DNA of 64,000 bases from an uncultured Bacteroidia bacterium (GTDB taxonomy: Bacteria; Bacteroidota; Bacteroidia; NS11-12g; UBA9320): contig OX044357.1 in the NCBI GenBank assembly GCA_943846675.1, positions 1,408,500 through 1,472,499 on the forward strand, given 5' to 3'. The notes under the pieces are model-generated. The model did not search any database, had not been told where the DNA came from, and saw only the letters and a list, made by a program, of their open reading frames with translations. The translations under genes and the position numbers were made by a program. Positions 48,992 through 61,161 of the stretch are shown in pieces (position 1 is the stretch's first letter; every line of letters starts with the position of its first letter).

Positions 48992-51313
48992 TTGTATTTG
49001 AAATATATTCTAACGTTTTGTTCACTAATCATCTTTGCTTTTTCGGCAATGGGTCAGAAAGGTGAAATCAAAGGATTTGTATACAATCAGAAAACGGGAG
49101 AGGCTATACCGTATAGCACCATCGTTGTCGAAAACCAACCCTTAGGCGCATTAACAGATGAATATGGATATTTTACCGTTGGCGATGTAGATCCAGGTAA
49201 ATACAGAATCGTTGCCATATCCGTGGGCTACGACAGCGTTGTAAAGGATATCACCATCAGACCAGGCCAGAGAGATTTAATTAATCTGTTCCTCGCTCCT
49301 AATAAAAATACCCTTGGGCGTGTGGATATTGATCTGGAGCGCAAGAAGAACGAAGCTACGGTGCGTATAAGTGAGGTCAGCATTTCACCGAAGCAACTTA
49401 CCCAAATTCCTACGGTTGGTGGCGAACCAGATTTGGTTCAGTACTTGCAAGTATTGCCTGGTGTGGTGTTCAGTGGAGATCAAGGTGGCCAACTTTATAT
49501 TCGTGGAGGATCACCAATCATGAACAAGGTGTTGTTGGATGGAATGACCATCTACAACCCGTTTCACTCCATTGGGTTATTTTCTGTTTTCGATACAGAT
49601 ATTCTTAAAACAACCGATGTGTATTCCGCCGGCTTTTCTGCCGAATATGGAGGAAGAATCTCTGCAATTGTTGATGTGCAAACCCGTGATGGAAATAGAA
49701 ACGAAATGTCGGGTAAGCTCAATGTCAACCCATTTACAGCGAAAGCTTTAATTGAAGGACCTTTAAAGAGTAAGAATAAAGAGGGAAAGGCGAATGCTTC
49801 GTACATTGTTAGTTATAAGAATAGTTATTTAGACAATACGTCTAACCTGTTTTACAACTACGTAGGAGAAGACCAATTACCATATAGTTTCAGCGATCTG
49901 TATACCAAGTTATCGTTGAACAGCCAGAGTGGTAGTTTTCTGAAACTGTTTTATTTCGATTACAATGACTTGGTGGATTTCCCGAACACAACCACATACG
50001 ATTGGAAATCATCTGGATTTGGCGGGAAGTTTTTGATGGTTCCTCAAGCTTCAAAAAACATCATTGACGGATCATTTGCCTACTCTAAGTACAATATAGA
50101 TCAAATTGAGCAAGATGCTCAGCCAAGAAGTTCGGGTATAGATGGGTTTAATTTAGGATTGAACTTTTCGTATTTCATGAAAGACGCCAAATTGAAGTAT
50201 GGTATGGAACTGAATGGTTTCAAGACCGCATTTCAAATTTATAACGCAGTCAACAGAAGGATTACCCAAGAGAATAATACCACTGAACTTGCAGCTTTTG
50301 TAAATTATAATGCAAAGGTCCAAAACAGATTCATATTTGAACCAGGACTTCGGGTTCAGTTATATGCTTCTTTAGGTAATTCGAGCTGGGAACCAAGGTT
50401 CAGGTTTAAATACCTGATTGGAAAAAGATTACGGTTTAAAATGGCCACCGGTTTATATTCTCAGAACCTAATGAGTGCATCGAGTGATCGAGACGTGGTG
50501 AATTTGTTTTATGGATTTTTAAGCGGTCCAGATGAGTTACCTGATATGGTTGGCACAAAACCAGTAACACACAGAATGCAAACGGCACGTCATTTGGTTG
50601 GCGGCTTTGAAATTGACGCAGATAGTTTGTCGTCGTTTAATATTGAAGGGTATGCTAAAGACTTTACGCAGATCACCAATATCAATAGAGACAAAATTTA
50701 CGACGATAACCTTGAATATGCCGATAAACCAGAGTACCAGCGCAAGGATTACGTTGTTGAAACCGGACTGGCTTATGGTTTTGATATAACCTACAAACGC
50801 CAAACGGATCGTTGGTATTTATGGCTGGTGTATTCGTATAACAACGTTTCTCGTAACGATGGAAGAAGAAAATATCAACCTCATTTTGATAGACGACATA
50901 ACATCAACGTAGTAACTTCGTATGCGTTTGGTGAAGATAAACTTTGGGAAGCGAATGTTAGGTTGAACTTTGGAAGTGGATTCCCATTTACCCTGACGCA
51001 GGGCTTTTACGAGAACTTAACGTTTAATGATGGGACCTCTGATGATTACAGAACAGCGAATGGTGATTTTACGGTGGTGTATGACGAAATCAATCGTGGC
51101 AGATTGCCTTACTATCACCGTCTTGACGCAAGTGTGAAAAGAACAATTGAATTCCGCAAAGACGGCAAACTAACTGACAAACTGATGGAAGTGATTTTGA
51201 GTTGTACCAACATGTACAATCGCGATAATATCTTCTATTTTGATCGTGTTAGCTACAAACGAATAAATCAGCTGCCGATTCTTCCGAGTTTATCTGTTAG
51301 CTATAAATTCTAA
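48992..51313 (+). CDS. TonB-dependent receptor
   Basis: CarboxypepD-like N-terminus; YIRGG; FSAEYGGRIS; C-terminal SYKF. Confidence 0.88.
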   Translation: MYLKYILTFCSLIIFAFSAMGQKGEIKGFVYNQKTGEAIPYSTIVVENQPLGALTDEYGYFTVGDVDPGKYRIVAISVGYDSVVKDITIRPGQRDLINLFLAPNKNTLGRVDIDLERKKNEATVRISEVSISPKQLTQIPTVGGEPDLVQYLQVLPGVVFSGDQGGQLYIRGGSPIMNKVLLDGMTIYNPFHSIGLFSVFDTDILKTTDVYSAGFSAEYGGRISAIVDVQTRDGNRNEMSGKLNVNPFTAKALIEGPLKSKNKEGKANASYIVSYKNSYLDNTSNLFYNYVGEDQLPYSFSDLYTKLSLNSQSGSFLKLFYFDYNDLVDFPNTTTYDWKSSGFGGKFLMVPQASKNIIDGSFAYSKYNIDQIEQDAQPRSSGIDGFNLGLNFSYFMKDAKLKYGMELNGFKTAFQIYNAVNRRITQENNTTELAAFVNYNAKVQNRFIFEPGLRVQLYASLGNSSWEPRFRFKYLIGKRLRFKMATGLYSQNLMSASSDRDVVNLFYGFLSGPDELPDMVGTKPVTHRMQTARHLVGGFEIDADSLSSFNIEGYAKDFTQITNINRDKIYDDNLEYADKPEYQRKDYVVETGLAYGFDITYKRQTDRWYLWLVYSYNNVSRNDGRRKYQPHFDRRHNINVVTSYAFGEDKLWEANVRLNFGSGFPFTLTQGFYENLTFNDGTSDDYRTANGDFTVVYDEINRGRLPYYHRLDASVKRTIEFRKDGKLTDKLMEVILSCTNMYNRDNIFYFDRVSYKRINQLPILPSLSVSYKF

Positions 51314-51337
51314 TTCTATTCGCCCTATTTTTGTTTC

Positions 51338-51805
51338 ATGCGGATAAGCCTATTTTTCATTGTTCTTGTTATGTGCACGGTTAAAGTGAACGCACAGGAC
51401 TGGACATTAAATAGCGCTATAGGAACGTCTTATTCTGGAATCAATCACAACATAACCGCTCAGCGAAATTTTAATCATTGGCATGTTAGTGTTGGCCCAA
51501 GTTTTAATTATGGCAAGAACAAACTACCGTGGTCGGCAACACCAGGAATAAACGTTCAAACGGGATATAACCTTATCGATTCTGGCGCTATTCAAACAAA
51601 GGCATTTGTAAGCTATCTTTTACTACCAATTCAGGAAGCTACAATTCAGGAAGTGAATCTTGGATACACCATGATGTTTAGGCTCACACCAAAATTACAA
51701 GCTACCAATAGTGTTGGTTTTGGTGGCTATGGAGAGACCGCAGAACACTACTCAATTAATGGATTTTCGTATTGCATAAATTTTGGACTTTCATATCGAT
51801 TGTAG
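51338..51805 (+). CDS. small outer-membrane beta-barrel protein
   Basis: Signal peptide; alternating beta strands; terminal GLSYRL. Confidence 0.6.
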   Translation: MRISLFFIVLVMCTVKVNAQDWTLNSAIGTSYSGINHNITAQRNFNHWHVSVGPSFNYGKNKLPWSATPGINVQTGYNLIDSGAIQTKAFVSYLLLPIQEATIQEVNLGYTMMFRLTPKLQATNSVGFGGYGETAEHYSINGFSYCINFGLSYRL

Positions 51806-52611
51806 TTGCCTTAACTGGATGCAATGACGCAACAATATCAAAAGACGGTATTGTCGTATTAGGTCATGCCGGGTCTGGCTTTCCAAGTGTCAATAATCAC
51901 TATCCAACCAACTCTAAACTAAGTATTACGCAAGCCTTGTTGTCTCAAGGTGCTGATGGGGTAGAAGTCGATATTCAAATTACTGCAGACTCGCAAATCG
52001 TATTGTATCATGATCGAAAGCTGGAGTCTGGAACAAACGATACAGGTTATATCTCTCAAAAAACTTGGGCCGAACTTCAAACCGTAAGCAGGCGAGATGG
52101 CCAAACGACTATCTATAATGATGTTGGGCTTTGGCGATTATGTGATTTATTCAAATACATTGATAGCCTCCAGTTGGATGTCTTTCTATTTTTAAACATC
52201 CAAAATCAATATGAGGTTAGTGATCAAAAGTCATACAATAGGCTACTTGAAAATGCCTTAAGCAAAGCTCTAGGTAAATACTCCAATTTATCTAAAACCA
52301 TTGTAGAAACTAGAGATCACGATTGCATTGTAAAGCTAAAATTTCTAGAGAAAGTAATGGGGTTCAAACTTTTTTTTACTGCGCCAATCACAGATGAAAA
52401 TATCGATAAAACGGGTCTATATGTTTCGGGTTTTGTTGTGAATTATTTGGACGAAACCAGTGCAACTATTCAAAAAGCAAAAGACGCAGGCTTCGAGATT
52501 GCTTTGTATGGAGTTAAAATCCGTCAGGATATTTCACCTGCAATTAAATTCGAACCAGACTACATTCAGACCGACAATATTCCATTGACGTTGTCGTATT
52601 TGGGAAGATAA
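51772..52611 (+). CDS. glycerophosphodiester phosphodiesterase family lipoprotein
   Basis: LGHAG, GADGVEVDIQIT.D...LYHD and IQTD motifs. Confidence 0.85.
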   Translation: MHKFWTFISIVVALTGCNDATISKDGIVVLGHAGSGFPSVNNHYPTNSKLSITQALLSQGADGVEVDIQITADSQIVLYHDRKLESGTNDTGYISQKTWAELQTVSRRDGQTTIYNDVGLWRLCDLFKYIDSLQLDVFLFLNIQNQYEVSDQKSYNRLLENALSKALGKYSNLSKTIVETRDHDCIVKLKFLEKVMGFKLFFTAPITDENIDKTGLYVSGFVVNYLDETSATIQKAKDAGFEIALYGVKIRQDISPAIKFEPDYIQTDNIPLTLSYLGR

Positions 52612-52811
52612 ATCATTCAAATTTAAATTTTTTTTCATGTCGAAAGTCCTAGGCATAACGCGCCATTTCGACATTTTAGCATTGCTGCATTGTATAAACA
52701 CATGCAACCATTTTGACATCTGTCAGACAAATTAATGAAACGTTTCGAGGAATGCTGAAAACTCGCTGTTGGTTCAGTACAGAGTAAGCAGAACTACTAA
52801 TATTTAATAAA

Positions 52812-55466
52812 ATGCTAAAACTATTCAAAACCCTAATAGCGGTGTGCCTTGTCGTAACGTTTTCTGACGCATCAGCTCAAAGCAATTACAAATACCGACT
52901 CAAAAAAATGCAGGCTGAAAACGCCAAAATAGAAAAATACATTCGGGCTAATGTGGCTAATACACCAAGAGCCGATATCAATGCTTTTATCAAAACGCTT
53001 ATACCGACTGCCGACCATCCAAAAAAATTCACACAGAGTGAAATAGATGCTAGTGTCAAAACCTTTAAAAAACGCTATTGGAGGATTCATTATTTTTCAA
53101 AGTACCCTGCTGTTTATTCACTTTTTACGGATCAACCCGTTTTAAATTGTGAGAATGGTGACTTTGAAGACGGAAATTTAAATGGATTTATCTTAGAGTC
53201 TAGCGATGCCTCAACAGGAGACGGTTATAATGGGGGGCATTGTGACTGGGATCCAACATCAATTATGTATACACCCGAATTTGAAGGTTTTAATGAAGAT
53301 AATTTTTTAATCGTAGATGATACTGAGCAAGACTCAATAACAGGGTTTGATATGGTTCATGGGGGTAACTTTGCTGTAAAGTTGAACAGTTCTAAGCCAC
53401 TAGAAACGGCACTTCTGGGGAATAATCTATGCTATCCTTACAAAGGCGTTCAGAAGCTTAGCAAGAAAATAGTTCTTGAGTCGACTGGTGAGGAGCTATC
53501 GTTATATTTTGCACTAGTTTTGGAAGAGGCGGGTCACATTGCGGTTGAAGATCAGCCCATGTTCATCGCTCTCGCACGTGCTGAAAATGGGACTGTATTG
53601 GACAAAATATGTAATGTCGCTATCCCAGGCCCATTCTTTGATGAATATGAAACTGAAAATGATGCCGACTGCCCTCATAACACCGTATTGGGCAAAGATT
53701 GGGATTGTGAAAGTTTAGAGGTCTCAGGAGATATTGGTGATACGATCACCCTTGAAATTTACGTAACAGACTGTGGTGCTGGCGGTCATTTTGGCTATGC
53801 CTATGTGGATGACATCTGTGAGCCCTGTATCAAAGATTCGTGTAACAACACTGGTGGTATCGATTTAAACCCAAGCGATCCCTGTTTCGATACGGAAGGT
53901 TTTTTTCAAGTATGCGGAACATACACTCTTCCCGCTTTAAATTGTGAAGACGGTACTTTGGAAAACATTCAATTATACGTTGTTCAAGGCACGGACGAAA
54001 CCTTGTTAACCCTAGATGCGAGTCAAATTAATATTAATGAAGACGACCAAATTTTTTGCTTTACCCTGGCTGCGGATGATTTTCCTAGTGTAACTGATGA
54101 TAACTATGACTTCTTAGTTGTAGCAACCTTTGAAATTGACAACGAGACTTTCACTCAAAATGACTACAACACAAATCCGGGTGAAACCAATGATGTGGAA
54201 TTTGATTGTACACCGGTGTGTTGCCGTGTTAGGCCTAATGAAAACTCAATCCAAAACCCTCAGTTTAGTGGTGGTTTAGGTGGATTTGGCTCTGAATACG
54301 ACATGGTTTCTACCATCGACTATGCATCAATTTATCCTGGAGCAGTAACTGTTGGAGACTCTTCTGACGGTTTGGTAATCTCATCAACATGGGATGTTGG
54401 ATGCAACGACGGTAATAATCACTTATTCGTAAATGGTTTAACTGGCCAAACAGGGTCGTCGGTAATCTATAGCAACACGGTTCAAGTTAGTGAAGGTCGA
54501 TACACCTTCTGTGGTAATTTTAAGAACTTGGCACAATGTGGATTCGACGTACTGCCTACAATAACCATCCGTTTTGATGGTGTTACGGGATATGACCTCG
54601 AAGACGTGGTAATTGATGTAGCCGATGCGGGTTGTGATTGGCAGTTACTTAATCAAATAATTGACGTGCCTGGTGGGTTATCTTATATAGATATTGAGAT
54701 CATTTTGGATGAAACGCCTTTGGGTGACGGCAATGACTTAGCCATCGACAACCTTGTGTTTGCTGAGATTGATGCTGTTCCTGCCAATCAAATGTTATTT
54801 GACATTACGCCAATTCCACTCACCACTACTACCTATACGTTTGAAGCAGAACCGATATCTACGATTCCCAATAGCTGCAGCTACTCTTGGACTGTGGCAG
54901 AAATAGACGGTGCTTTTGATGATATTCCTGGAACGGTAGTTGAAAACCCCATTGAATGGCAAACGTACCCAGACGTAAATGAATTTATCGGTTACAACGG
55001 AACAAATACCCTCAGCGGAACTAACCCAGGTGTATTTCAACTGTCGGAGACCTATAGAATCACCTTTACTAAGTGGTGTGAATGCTTGTTACCAAGTTCG
55101 AGAACATATCATTCGTTTCCGGGCAAGTCTTCGGCACGTGTGCCTACCTTAAAACTCGTTGAAGAAAAGAATACAACGTCTAAGCGGTCAGAAGCACATC
55201 TGGGTGATGACAATATGCTTAACAGCGCGTCTTTAGGTGTTTATCCGAGTCCAACAAAAGAATACATTAATGTAGATCTGAGATTAATTGGACGGTCTAA
55301 CGTTGACATACTCGATAATCAAGGGAAGGTTGTCCGTTCAGATAAATTGGATGGGGCTGAGGTCAAATCTTTTAAAATTGATGACTTAGGCCAGGGCGTG
55401 TACTTCGTCAAGGTTACTGAACTTTCTTCAGGCAAAACCTTTGTCCAGAAGTTTGTAAAACAATAG
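52812..55466 (+). CDS. T9SS type A C-terminal sorting domain protein, Cys/Asp-rich
   Basis: Signal peptide; VYPSPTKEYIN...LGQGVYFVKV...KFVKQ C-terminal domain. Confidence 0.88.
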   Translation: MLKLFKTLIAVCLVVTFSDASAQSNYKYRLKKMQAENAKIEKYIRANVANTPRADINAFIKTLIPTADHPKKFTQSEIDASVKTFKKRYWRIHYFSKYPAVYSLFTDQPVLNCENGDFEDGNLNGFILESSDASTGDGYNGGHCDWDPTSIMYTPEFEGFNEDNFLIVDDTEQDSITGFDMVHGGNFAVKLNSSKPLETALLGNNLCYPYKGVQKLSKKIVLESTGEELSLYFALVLEEAGHIAVEDQPMFIALARAENGTVLDKICNVAIPGPFFDEYETENDADCPHNTVLGKDWDCESLEVSGDIGDTITLEIYVTDCGAGGHFGYAYVDDICEPCIKDSCNNTGGIDLNPSDPCFDTEGFFQVCGTYTLPALNCEDGTLENIQLYVVQGTDETLLTLDASQININEDDQIFCFTLAADDFPSVTDDNYDFLVVATFEIDNETFTQNDYNTNPGETNDVEFDCTPVCCRVRPNENSIQNPQFSGGLGGFGSEYDMVSTIDYASIYPGAVTVGDSSDGLVISSTWDVGCNDGNNHLFVNGLTGQTGSSVIYSNTVQVSEGRYTFCGNFKNLAQCGFDVLPTITIRFDGVTGYDLEDVVIDVADAGCDWQLLNQIIDVPGGLSYIDIEIILDETPLGDGNDLAIDNLVFAEIDAVPANQMLFDITPIPLTTTTYTFEAEPISTIPNSCSYSWTVAEIDGAFDDIPGTVVENPIEWQTYPDVNEFIGYNGTNTLSGTNPGVFQLSETYRITFTKWCECLLPSSRTYHSFPGKSSARVPTLKLVEEKNTTSKRSEAHLGDDNMLNSASLGVYPSPTKEYINVDLRLIGRSNVDILDNQGKVVRSDKLDGAEVKSFKIDDLGQGVYFVKVTELSSGKTFVQKFVKQ

Positions 55467-55491
55467 CATAACCATAGTAAATAGTACAAAT

Positions 55492-55520
55492 AAAAGGGGG
55501 TGGCTACGGTCACCCTTTTT
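55492..55520. terminator. intrinsic terminator
   Basis: AAAAGGGGGTGGC-TACG-GTCACCCTTTTT. Confidence 0.7.
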
Positions 55521-55629
55521 GTATTTTGAGAATTGAGGAATGTCATGCGCCTTATGACGAATATCAATGTCAGCACGGTGTACCTTGATTTGAATAAGGG
55601 CACCTTTGCACCTAATTTCCAATGTAGCT

Positions 55630-56859
55630 ATGACCTGGACCAAAAAGTCTCATCAAGAGATAAAAGAAATCGTTTTTTCGGCATTAGATAAGAATGTTAA
55701 TTACAGTACCAAAGGCGTATTGGGTATACCTGCTTCTTACCTCGACGACAAGGTCTTTAATCAAGACGATGCATTTTTGGACAATGCGCCCTATATATCG
55801 TCTTTAATCAAAAACCCAAATCACATTGGTTGCCATACCAGAGGAAGTTCGGAGTCATTTTTCTCGGGCACACAACAAATTGAGCGCGACTTAATCGAAA
55901 TGTGTGCCGTTGATATATTGAAAGGTAAACCCATGGAGTTTGATGGTTACGTAGCTTCAGGCGGAACTGAAGCCAATATCCAAGCTATATGGATATATCG
56001 AAACTACTTTGTTAGAGAGCACAATGCCCAACTCAATGAGATAACCATTTTGTGTAGTGCTGACAGCCATTATTCTATGGACAAAGCAGGTAACTTATTG
56101 GTTCTTGACGTGCACAAGGTTCCAGTTGATCTTGATACACGCGAGGTAGCAGAAGTTGATGTACTGGAAACGATTAAAACAGCTAAACAGCAAGGCAAAA
56201 AATACTTCATCGTTATTAGTAACATGATGACGACCATGTTTGGGTCAGTCGATTCAGTTCAGTCATATACCAATGCCTTAGCAAAAGAGGAAGTCGAGTA
56301 TAAGCTTCATATTGATGGTGCCTATGGCGGATTTTATTATCCTTTTACCGAAGGCGATACGTCATTAAACTTTAGAAATGAGCACATTACCTCAGTAACC
56401 TTGGACGCCCATAAAATGGCTCAAGCGCCTTACGGAACGGGTATATTCTTGATTCGAAAGGGATTTATTCAATATGCCAATACCCAAGAAGCGAGTTATG
56501 TGGAAGGGGAGGACTGTACCTTGATTGGCAGTAGGTCAGGAGCTAACGCAGTGGCCATATGGATGATTTTAACGAAAAATGGGCCTTTCGGTTGGTAAGA
56601 GAAAGTTTTCATTCTTCAAAAAAGAACAGAATGGATGTGTAAACAGGTCGATGCATTAAAGGTTGCATATTACCGACATCCGCGTTCCAACATCATCACC
56701 ATTCGGGCAGAATCTATTGCACATAGCATTGCAGAAAAGCATGGTTTGGTTCCAGACAATCACAACGACCCTTCCTGGTTCAAAATTGTTATCATGGAAC
56801 ACGTCACAATTGAAAAATTAATGCCGTTGGTTAACGACTTAAAGGCTTTAAACGTTTAA
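55630..56859 (+). pseudogene. group II PLP-dependent decarboxylase interrupted by one in-frame TAA at 56596-56598
   Basis: SGGTEAN, HIDGAYGG, DAHK (PLP Lys) and GSRSG; frame continues GPFGW*EKVFILQKRTEWMC. Confidence 0.85.
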
Positions 56860-56887
56860 GCCAAAAAAAGTCTGCTTTGTAGATGGG

Positions 56888-57283
56888 TCAGAAGATGGTG
56901 GGTAAGTCAATAATATCCCGGACTAAGAAAACATCTCCGAATTCATTTTCGAGTTTCATCATGAGTTTCTGGGCATCAATCTTACGATAGAAGTTCCCTA
57001 CGCGAACTTTCCAATTTGGCTGATAATAATCTGTATAGATTTCGGTCGATAACTCTGGATATCTGGATTTTAACAGTTGTTCTGTCTTTTTAGCTTCCTT
57101 TCGATCGTTGCCAAAATAGACCTGAATACGATACCCCCAAAGGTCAGTTGTATCTACGCTGGCAATCTTTTTATCGAGTAACAATTCAACTTCCGCATCA
57201 CCTATTACTTCTACATTCCCGTCTTGGCTGAAAGCAACAAAACTTGAGGTAAGTAATATGAGTAATGCGTAAATCCCTTTCAT
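56888..57283 (-). CDS. SPOR domain protein
   Basis: GYRIQVYFG...PNWKVRVGNF. Confidence 0.85.
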   Translation of the reverse strand: MKGIYALLILLTSSFVAFSQDGNVEVIGDAEVELLLDKKIASVDTTDLWGYRIQVYFGNDRKEAKKTEQLLKSRYPELSTEIYTDYYQPNWKVRVGNFYRKIDAQKLMMKLENEFGDVFLVRDIIDLPTIF

Positions 57284-57293
57284 TTATCCGAAT

Positions 57294-60200
57294 TTAAGCA
57301 TTGATACCGTGACATTTCTTATATTTTTTTCCACTTCCACAAGGACATGGTTCATTTCTCCCAACCTTCTTTTCTACACGAACAGGTTGCGTATTTTCCT
57401 TAGTTACTTGTTGTGGAGCAGAGGCTGTCGGCCCAACTTCTTGTGGTCTACTTGTTTGTAAACCGTCGTCTGCTGGACGTCTTTGGCGTTGTGCTTCATT
57501 AACTTGACCAGGGTCTTGGTTTTCTATAAATCCTCTGAACAACAAGGAAAGCATTTCTGAATTCAGTGTGCTAACCATTTGTTTGAAGAGGTTGAAAGAC
57601 TCTAGTTTGTATATCAATAATGGATCTTTTTGTTCTAAAGAGGCATTATTAGCCGCTTGTTTCAAATCATCCAGTTCACGTAAATGCTCTTTCCAGTGTT
57701 CGTCAATACTTGACAAAACCGTCATTCGCTCAAATGAGTCGATTAAATGATCACCCGTACTTGCAATGGTTTTATCCAAATCAACAATAACACGTAAACC
57801 TTTAGTACCATCCGTAAAGGGTACATATACGTTTTTAACCGTGTCTCCTTTGTTGTTTTTTATTCCTGTTAATACCGGAAGGGCTTGTTCTTTGATATAG
57901 GTGTTTTTCTTTTGGTAGTGATTTAACATACCATCAAAAACTTCTTGTACGATATCCGACTTGCCGCTAATAAAGGCTTCTTCTGAAACGCTAGGTTCGT
58001 TAGCCAATACGCGTAAACATTCTAGTTTAAAACCTTCATAGTCCTGACTGTCTTGATATACAGCAACTGCCTCATCACACCAGTCGTACAGGGCATTGTT
58101 TATATCAACCGATAACCGTTCTCCGTATAGTGCGTGACGTCTTTTCGCATACACAGCTTCACGCTGTTTGTTCATCACGTCATCGTATTCAAGCAATCGC
58201 TTACGCATACCAAAGTGGTTTTGCTCCACTTTTTTCTGGTTTCGTTCAATAGACTTGGTGAGCATCGAATGTTGAATTACCTCACCTTCTTCATAACCAA
58301 AACGGTCCATCATTTTGACCACCTTGTCCGAATTGAATAGACGCATCAAATCGTCTTCAAGCGAAACAAAGAATTGAGATGAACCCGGATCTCCTTGACG
58401 ACCAGCACGACCACGTAGCTGACGGTCAACCCGTCTAGACTCATGTCGTTCTGTACCAATAATAGCCAAACCACCAGAATCGAGTACTTCTTGACTAAGC
58501 TTAATGTCGGTACCACGACCTGCCATGTTTGTTGCAATGGTTACACCACCAACATAACCGGCTTCAGCAACGATTTCTGCTTCTCGTTGATGCTGTTTTG
58601 CGTTTAACACATTGTGTTTGATTTTACGCATATTCAACATCTTCCCAAGGATTTCAGATACTTCTACAGATGTTGTACCTACAAGAACCGGTCGACCTTC
58701 CTGCTGCAATTTCAGGATTTCATCAATTACCGCGTTATACTTCTCACGCTTGGTTTTGTATATTAAATCTTCTCTATCGTCACGAATGATTGGCTTGTTT
58801 GTTGGAACTACAGTGACATCCAGTTTGTAGATTTCCCATAATTCACCCGCTTCCGTTTCAGCCGTACCCGTCATACCACTGAGCTTGTGATACATTCTGA
58901 AATAGTTTTGTAACGTAATGGTGGCAAAGGTTTGTGTAGCATCTTCTACTTTCACGTTCTCCTTAGCCTCAATAGCTTGGTGTAACCCATCGCTATATCG
59001 ACGTCCTTCCATTACACGACCTGTTTGTTCGTCAACAATTTTTACCTTGTTTTCTTGAACAATATATTCAATGTCTTTTTCAAATAAAGTGTATGCTTTA
59101 AGCAGTTGGTTTACCGAGTGGATTCTTTCTGATTTTACAGAGAAATCGCGCATCAGTTCGTCTTTGCGACGTACTTTCTCATCATTCGATAAACTTGACT
59201 TTTCTAGTTCAGCAACTTCACCACCAACATCAGGTATAATGAAGAAACTTGAATCTTCACCCGCTGATGTTATTAAGTCAATACCTTTATCGGTAAGTTC
59301 TACTTGATTGTTTTTTTCATCAATCGTGAAAAACAGGTGTTCGTCCACCTTAGGCATTTCCTTTTGATTGTCTTGCAGGTAGAAATTTTCCGTTTTAAGC
59401 ATGAGGGCCTTTGTGCCTGTTTCGCCTAAAAACTTAATTAAAGGTTTACTTTTAGGAAGTCCGCGTTGTGCTTGAAAAAGTTTAAATCCACCTTCTTTAT
59501 CGTTGCCTTCACCAATTAGTCTTTTTGCTTCAAGCAAAGCACCACTTAAGTACTTTTTTTGTGCCTCTACCAATCGTTGAATACGTGGTTTAAGTTCAGC
59601 AAACTCGTGCTGATCACCTTTTGGAATTGCTCCAGATATGATTAATGGCGTACGTGCGTCATCTACAAGTACAGAATCCACTTCATCAATCATGGCGTAA
59701 TGATGTTTTCGTTGCACAAGATCCGAAGTGTCGTGTGCCATGTTATCACGCAAGTAATCGAAGCCAAATTCGTTATTGGTACCGTAGGTAATATCCGCTA
59801 AATACGCTTGTTTTCGTTCTTCTGAATTTGGTCTGTAGTAATCTAAACAGTCCACTGTGATGCCATGAAACTGAAATATTGGCGCATTCCATTCACAGTC
59901 ACGTCGTGATAAATAATCATTCACCGTTACGATGTGTACACCTCTACCAGATAGAGCGTTTAAGTAGGCTGGCAAGGTAGACACTAACGTTTTACCTTCC
60001 CCCGTAGCCATCTCGGCAATTTTACCTTTATGTAATACAACTCCACCAATTAACTGAACATCGTAGTGAACCATGTTCCAGTTGACTTCAGCACCTGCTG
60101 CAAGCCATTTGGTGTGGTAAACGACATCTGAACCCTTGATTTCAATATGCGGTCTAGACGCCGCTAAATCACGATCATAATCCGTTGCCGTTGCAAATAC

Positions 60201-60593
60201 CGTATCTTCTTCAGTGAATCGTCGAGCTGTCTCTTTAACTAAGGCAAAGGCCTCAGGTAGAATTTCTTCTAGAACAACTTCTAAAGACTCATTTCTTTTG
60301 TCTTCTAGTTTGTCGATTTCGTTATACCAAGCTTCTTTTTCATTAACCATATCGAATGAAGCCGCGTCAATCTGATCGCGAAGCACTTTGATTTCTGAAT
60401 CGATATCCGACAGATGGTCAGCAATTCGTGCTCGAAACTCTGTCGTTTTGGCTCTTAGCGCATCATGGCTTAAGCCGGTATATTGTGTATAATAACCATT
60501 TACTTGATCTACAAATGGTTGTAATTCTTTAAAGTCTCGCCCTGCTTTACTCCCGAAAATGCCTGAAAAGCCCTTTACAATGTTGCCTAGCAT
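57294..60593 (-). CDS. secA: preprotein translocase subunit SecA
   Basis: [36 protein letters not shown] and SEC-C motif [13 protein letters not shown]. Confidence 0.98.
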   Translation of the reverse strand: MLGNIVKGFSGIFGSKAGRDFKELQPFVDQVNGYYTQYTGLSHDALRAKTTEFRARIADHLSDIDSEIKVLRDQIDAASFDMVNEKEAWYNEIDKLEDKRNESLEVVLEEILPEAFALVKETARRFTEEDTVFATATDYDRDLAASRPHIEIKGSDVVYHTKWLAAGAEVNWNMVHYDVQLIGGVVLHKGKIAEMATGEGKTLVSTLPAYLNALSGRGVHIVTVNDYLSRRDCEWNAPIFQFHGITVDCLDYYRPNSEERKQAYLADITYGTNNEFGFDYLRDNMAHDTSDLVQRKHHYAMIDEVDSVLVDDARTPLIISGAIPKGDQHEFAELKPRIQRLVEAQKKYLSGALLEAKRLIGEGNDKEGGFKLFQAQRGLPKSKPLIKFLGETGTKALMLKTENFYLQDNQKEMPKVDEHLFFTIDEKNNQVELTDKGIDLITSAGEDSSFFIIPDVGGEVAELEKSSLSNDEKVRRKDELMRDFSVKSERIHSVNQLLKAYTLFEKDIEYIVQENKVKIVDEQTGRVMEGRRYSDGLHQAIEAKENVKVEDATQTFATITLQNYFRMYHKLSGMTGTAETEAGELWEIYKLDVTVVPTNKPIIRDDREDLIYKTKREKYNAVIDEILKLQQEGRPVLVGTTSVEVSEILGKMLNMRKIKHNVLNAKQHQREAEIVAEAGYVGGVTIATNMAGRGTDIKLSQEVLDSGGLAIIGTERHESRRVDRQLRGRAGRQGDPGSSQFFVSLEDDLMRLFNSDKVVKMMDRFGYEEGEVIQHSMLTKSIERNQKKVEQNHFGMRKRLLEYDDVMNKQREAVYAKRRHALYGERLSVDINNALYDWCDEAVAVYQDSQDYEGFKLECLRVLANEPSVSEEAFISGKSDIVQEVFDGMLNHYQKKNTYIKEQALPVLTGIKNNKGDTVKNVYVPFTDGTKGLRVIVDLDKTIASTGDHLIDSFERMTVLSSIDEHWKEHLRELDDLKQAANNASLEQKDPLLIYKLESFNLFKQMVSTLNSEMLSLLFRGFIENQDPGQVNEAQRQRRPADDGLQTSRPQEVGPTASAPQQVTKENTQPVRVEKKVGRNEPCPCGSGKKYKKCHGINA

Positions 60594-60708
60594 ATAAATA
60601 TATTATCCGCGTTATAATCCCAGATGGTCTAAGATATAGTTGGTGTATGTATAAAATCATGCCAAAGCCCAATATGGCAATAATGGCATGATTTGTTGAT
60701 GTGTTAAG

Positions 60709-61095
60709 TTATTCTGTGTCTTTGTACGTGAAAATAGCCTGGTAGCCGTCAGTACTTGCTTTAAAAGACATTGTGCTCGCACCTATGGTTTGGAAAACAT
60801 ATTTGAATCGCTGTCCATTATGTGATGAGCAACTCATAGTGTCTCCATTGTTTTGCCATGTCCAACGGCCATCTAAACCACGAGATAGGCGCAATGTTCC
60901 ATCGTTTAAGAATTCATGCTCGATGCCTCCAGCCGACGAAGTTGAAAACCAAACTTTGTCGTATAACAAGGCTTTTTCCGAGTTACTTAGTTTACCAGTG
61001 GTACCACCCGAGGTTGAAGGTGTTTCATCACCGCCACAAGCCCCAATAAAACATACGCCGAACAACAGACTTAGATATAAAGTTACTTTCTTCAT
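60709..61095 (-). CDS. lipocalin-like small lipoprotein
   Basis: Lipobox IGAC; LLYDKVW; GRWTW. Confidence 0.65.
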   Translation of the reverse strand: MKKVTLYLSLLFGVCFIGACGGDETPSTSGGTTGKLSNSEKALLYDKVWFSTSSAGGIEHEFLNDGTLRLSRGLDGRWTWQNNGDTMSCSSHNGQRFKYVFQTIGASTMSFKASTDGYQAIFTYKDTE

Positions 61096-61161
61096 TTTTA
61101 TAAATTTTTACTGAGCCAAAATTAGCCCATGCTAGGGTGATTTCCAACCGTTTTTGAACTG

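Noticed and set aside
22421-56598. Genome-wide stop-codon reassignment (TAA/TAG = Gln)
   Set aside because: TAA and TAG terminate many conserved genes at their expected ends (secA, folE, lysA, rimM)
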